The notes beneath the pieces are model-generated. The model searched no databases. It saw nothing but the letters and a program-made list of their open reading frames with translations, and had not been told where the DNA came from. Shown piece after piece: positions 22,429-24,351 of a stretch of 24,351 nucleotides of DNA. Source of the DNA: a virus (lineage: Duplodnaviria; Caudoviricetes); IMG/VR virus record IMGVR_UViG_3300022198_002878, positions 1 through 24,351 of that record; one strand, written 5' to 3'. The first letter of the stretch is position 1. Each line of letters opens with the position of its first letter. The position numbers and the translations under genes are program-made.

Positions 22429-24351
22429 CTATGAAATAGATGTGGTTGATCGGTTGGTTATTCTTGCGTCTACTTTAACCGCCCGAATGTAGGGTCTGCC
22501 CAAAGATGGTTGGATGTCTGCCTGTACACCAAACCCGCGTTTATTTATGCGAGTACGAAGGGATGCTTCTTCGGAGTCCGGCAAGGTGCTTCCAAGCAAA
22601 GATGAAAAGCTGGTGGTGTCGGATACGGAGTCAGGATCTTCGGTGATGAATTGTATGTCTGCGTTGGTTTGCGAGCCAGTATTACTCTTCACATGAATCT
22701 CAGATCGGCTGAATACTTTGCGATCAATCGCATCGGCATCGAATTGGCGGGTGGTGAGCTGGCTAATTACAGGAATGGTTTCGGAGGATGCCTGACCAGG
22801 TGTAACCGATACAACATCTCCACCTTCAACCGCATCCACCTTATGCACCCCACCCTCTTCAGTTGTGATATAGAGTGCATTCTGTGCGCCTTCACGAGCT
22901 ACCAATAATTCACGAATTGCAAAGTCAATAGAGTTTACCGAATCTATGCTTTCAAACCCACCATTGATAAAGTTGTAGATAAGAATGGTGTTTAGCTTTC
23001 TGCCATTACCCGCACCAGGTGTAGAGTCTAATGGTACTGCCAACCAATATCTGTTATTAAAATACACACCGCATGATAGGTGGGCATAGTCCTGATTTAT
23101 GCGATCTATGTAGGGCTGTATGGTTTCGGATATGGGTGTGCCTGTTCCACGCAAGTGATACTGATCATAAAACTCTACTGAGTATATTCCTTGGTCGGAT
23201 AGGAATAAAATCTTGTTGGCTACCTGGACGATTGATTTGCGGGCAGATGCACCGATCTCACTCGTAACCACATTGGTGGATACATCAGAAAGAGATCCAC
23301 TCACGCCTGTGAGGAGGTGGATGGATTTTCGGTTAAATGCGACAATGCTGTCTTGGGTGAAAGGTTGGAGGCCAACCAGGTAATCACTCTTACCAGCAGA
23401 TGCTCGGAACTGATTGCCGATAATATCGAATGTATCTGAATCGAATATATCTGAGGCCGCCAACTCATCCCTGATTTCTCGGTCCACAGGGATAGTATCT
23501 GCTGTATACCAATATGGAACCCATAATCTACGCTGGTGAAACTCACCCCACGGAGCGGCTGGCATATGCTCGTACCCTTTGCCGATAGCTAATGCTTTAC
23601 TTACGGTGAGTGATGCTCCGAGGGATACATTTGCGACCCCAAGGTTGAAGGTAAATCGATCATTCACATTGTCGCTATCCTCATCCGATACAGATGTGAC
23701 TACAGCTTTTTGATTTACGAATAAATCGTAGGGGGATGCTCCAGCACGGATGGTAACCTCGTCACCTTTTTGGAGGTTATGCCCTGCCCCAATATCCATC
23801 GTGACCACACCATCGGTTGCCGAGGCAGTAGTGTCAGTAAAGTATTGTGGCGTAGTATATGCGCCATTGCTTACCCTGGTAAAGTCTTCGAAGTATTCGA
23901 CCTGTGCGCCACTCACATTGTAGCTGGCAACAGTTTGCGAGTCTGCCATCTCAACCGTGAAAGATGTGGAGGTGGGTGCAGTCTTTATCTGATAGCAGTT
24001 GTTAGGATCGTAAGTTGGCCAGCCTGTGAAGTTTGTGAGGGTGACAAAGTCACCTACTACTCGGCCATGATCTGCTGTGGTATTTACAGTTATTACCTGA
24101 CCACTTTGAGAGGCAGAACTGACTGATCGATAAATAAGTTTTGGGGAGGCTGAAAGAGTGGTCTTGCGGGATCGGAAGATAAACATCTTATCAAACCCCT
24201 GTGCCATGCCTACTGGGTTATCTACAGTCTCTCCACCCGCCTCATACCGGCACTTAAAAAGTGCTGAGTCTTTTAGCCGAATGATTACGCAAAGGTTATT
24301 GGTGGCCGAGAATATATAGTCATCATTATTGGATGACGCATCGCTATATAC
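22429..24351 (-). CDS. Tail tubular/DNA-stabilisation (nozzle) protein, beta-propeller (5'-partial)
   Basis: The frame stays open for 48 codons beyond 24207 to the window edge. Propeller-like motifs include HQRRLWV, EIGASARKSIVQVANKILFLSDQGIY, PISETIQ and YFNNRYWLAVP. Confidence 0.75.
   Translation of the reverse strand, partial: VYSDASSNNDDYIFSATNNLCVIIRLKDSALFKCRYEAGGETVDNPVGMAQGFDKMFIFRSRKTTLSASPKLIYRSVSSASQSGQVITVNTTADHGRVVGDFVTLTNFTGWPTYDPNNCYQIKTAPTSTSFTVEMADSQTVASYNVSGAQVEYFEDFTRVSNGAYTTPQYFTDTTASATDGVVTMDIGAGHNLQKGDEVTIRAGASPYDLFVNQKAVVTSVSDEDSDNVNDRFTFNLGVANVSLGASLTVSKALAIGKGYEHMPAAPWGEFHQRRLWVPYWYTADTIPVDREIRDELAASDIFDSDTFDIIGNQFRASAGKSDYLVGLQPFTQDSIVAFNRKSIHLLTGVSGSLSDVSTNVVTSEIGASARKSIVQVANKILFLSDQGIYSVEFYDQYHLRGTGTPISETIQPYIDRINQDYAHLSCGVYFNNRYWLAVPLDSTPGAGNGRKLNTILIYNFINGGFESIDSVNSIDFAIRELLVAREGAQNALYITTEEGGVHKVDAVEGGDVVSVTPGQASSETIPVISQLTTRQFDADAIDRKVFSRSEIHVKSNTGSQTNADIQFITEDPDSVSDTTSFSSLLGSTLPDSEEASLRTRINKRGFGVQADIQPSLGRPYIRAVKVDARITNRSTTSIS

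Noticed and set aside
1-24351. Alternative genetic code, introns/inteins or DGR
   Set aside because: Genes tile densely under the standard code, conserved enzymes are uninterrupted, and no RT or TR/VR pair was seen.

Overview
A 24.4-kb fragment of a tailed dsDNA phage genome with podovirus-like architecture. The host is probably in Verrucomicrobiota (inferred from one AlpA-like gene family). Nearly all genes run on the minus strand. Read right to left they are: tail tubular/stabilisation protein (partial), tail-collar fibre, two internal/ejection proteins, a 2440-aa polyvalent ejection-type protein, and then an early/replication block. That block holds HTH proteins, a RuvC-like resolvase, an SSB-like protein, an AlpA-like protein, a stand-alone DnaA domain IV protein, a PD-(D/E)XK nuclease, a beta-class DNA methyltransferase, a short family A DNA polymerase, dNMP kinase, an AEP primase and an AAA_25/RepA-like helicase. 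One plus-strand HTH/terminase-small-like ORF converges from the left edge. Two signals stand out. (1) The 530-bp convergent intergenic gap below the helicase holds a 29-bp direct repeat pair, a ~155-nt nested multi-branch fold containing a GCGAAGC mini-hairpin, and a 42-bp TATA-centred palindrome; it is a candidate ssDNA-structured origin/primase signal or a new ncRNA. (2) The giant protein has an HExxH metallopeptidase, and its C-terminal ~44% is divided by six [FY]-M-P motifs into cassettes (RHH-like and three ART-like domains), suggesting a processed or shuffled effector polyprotein. All family calls come from motifs recognised by eye; no database searches were run.
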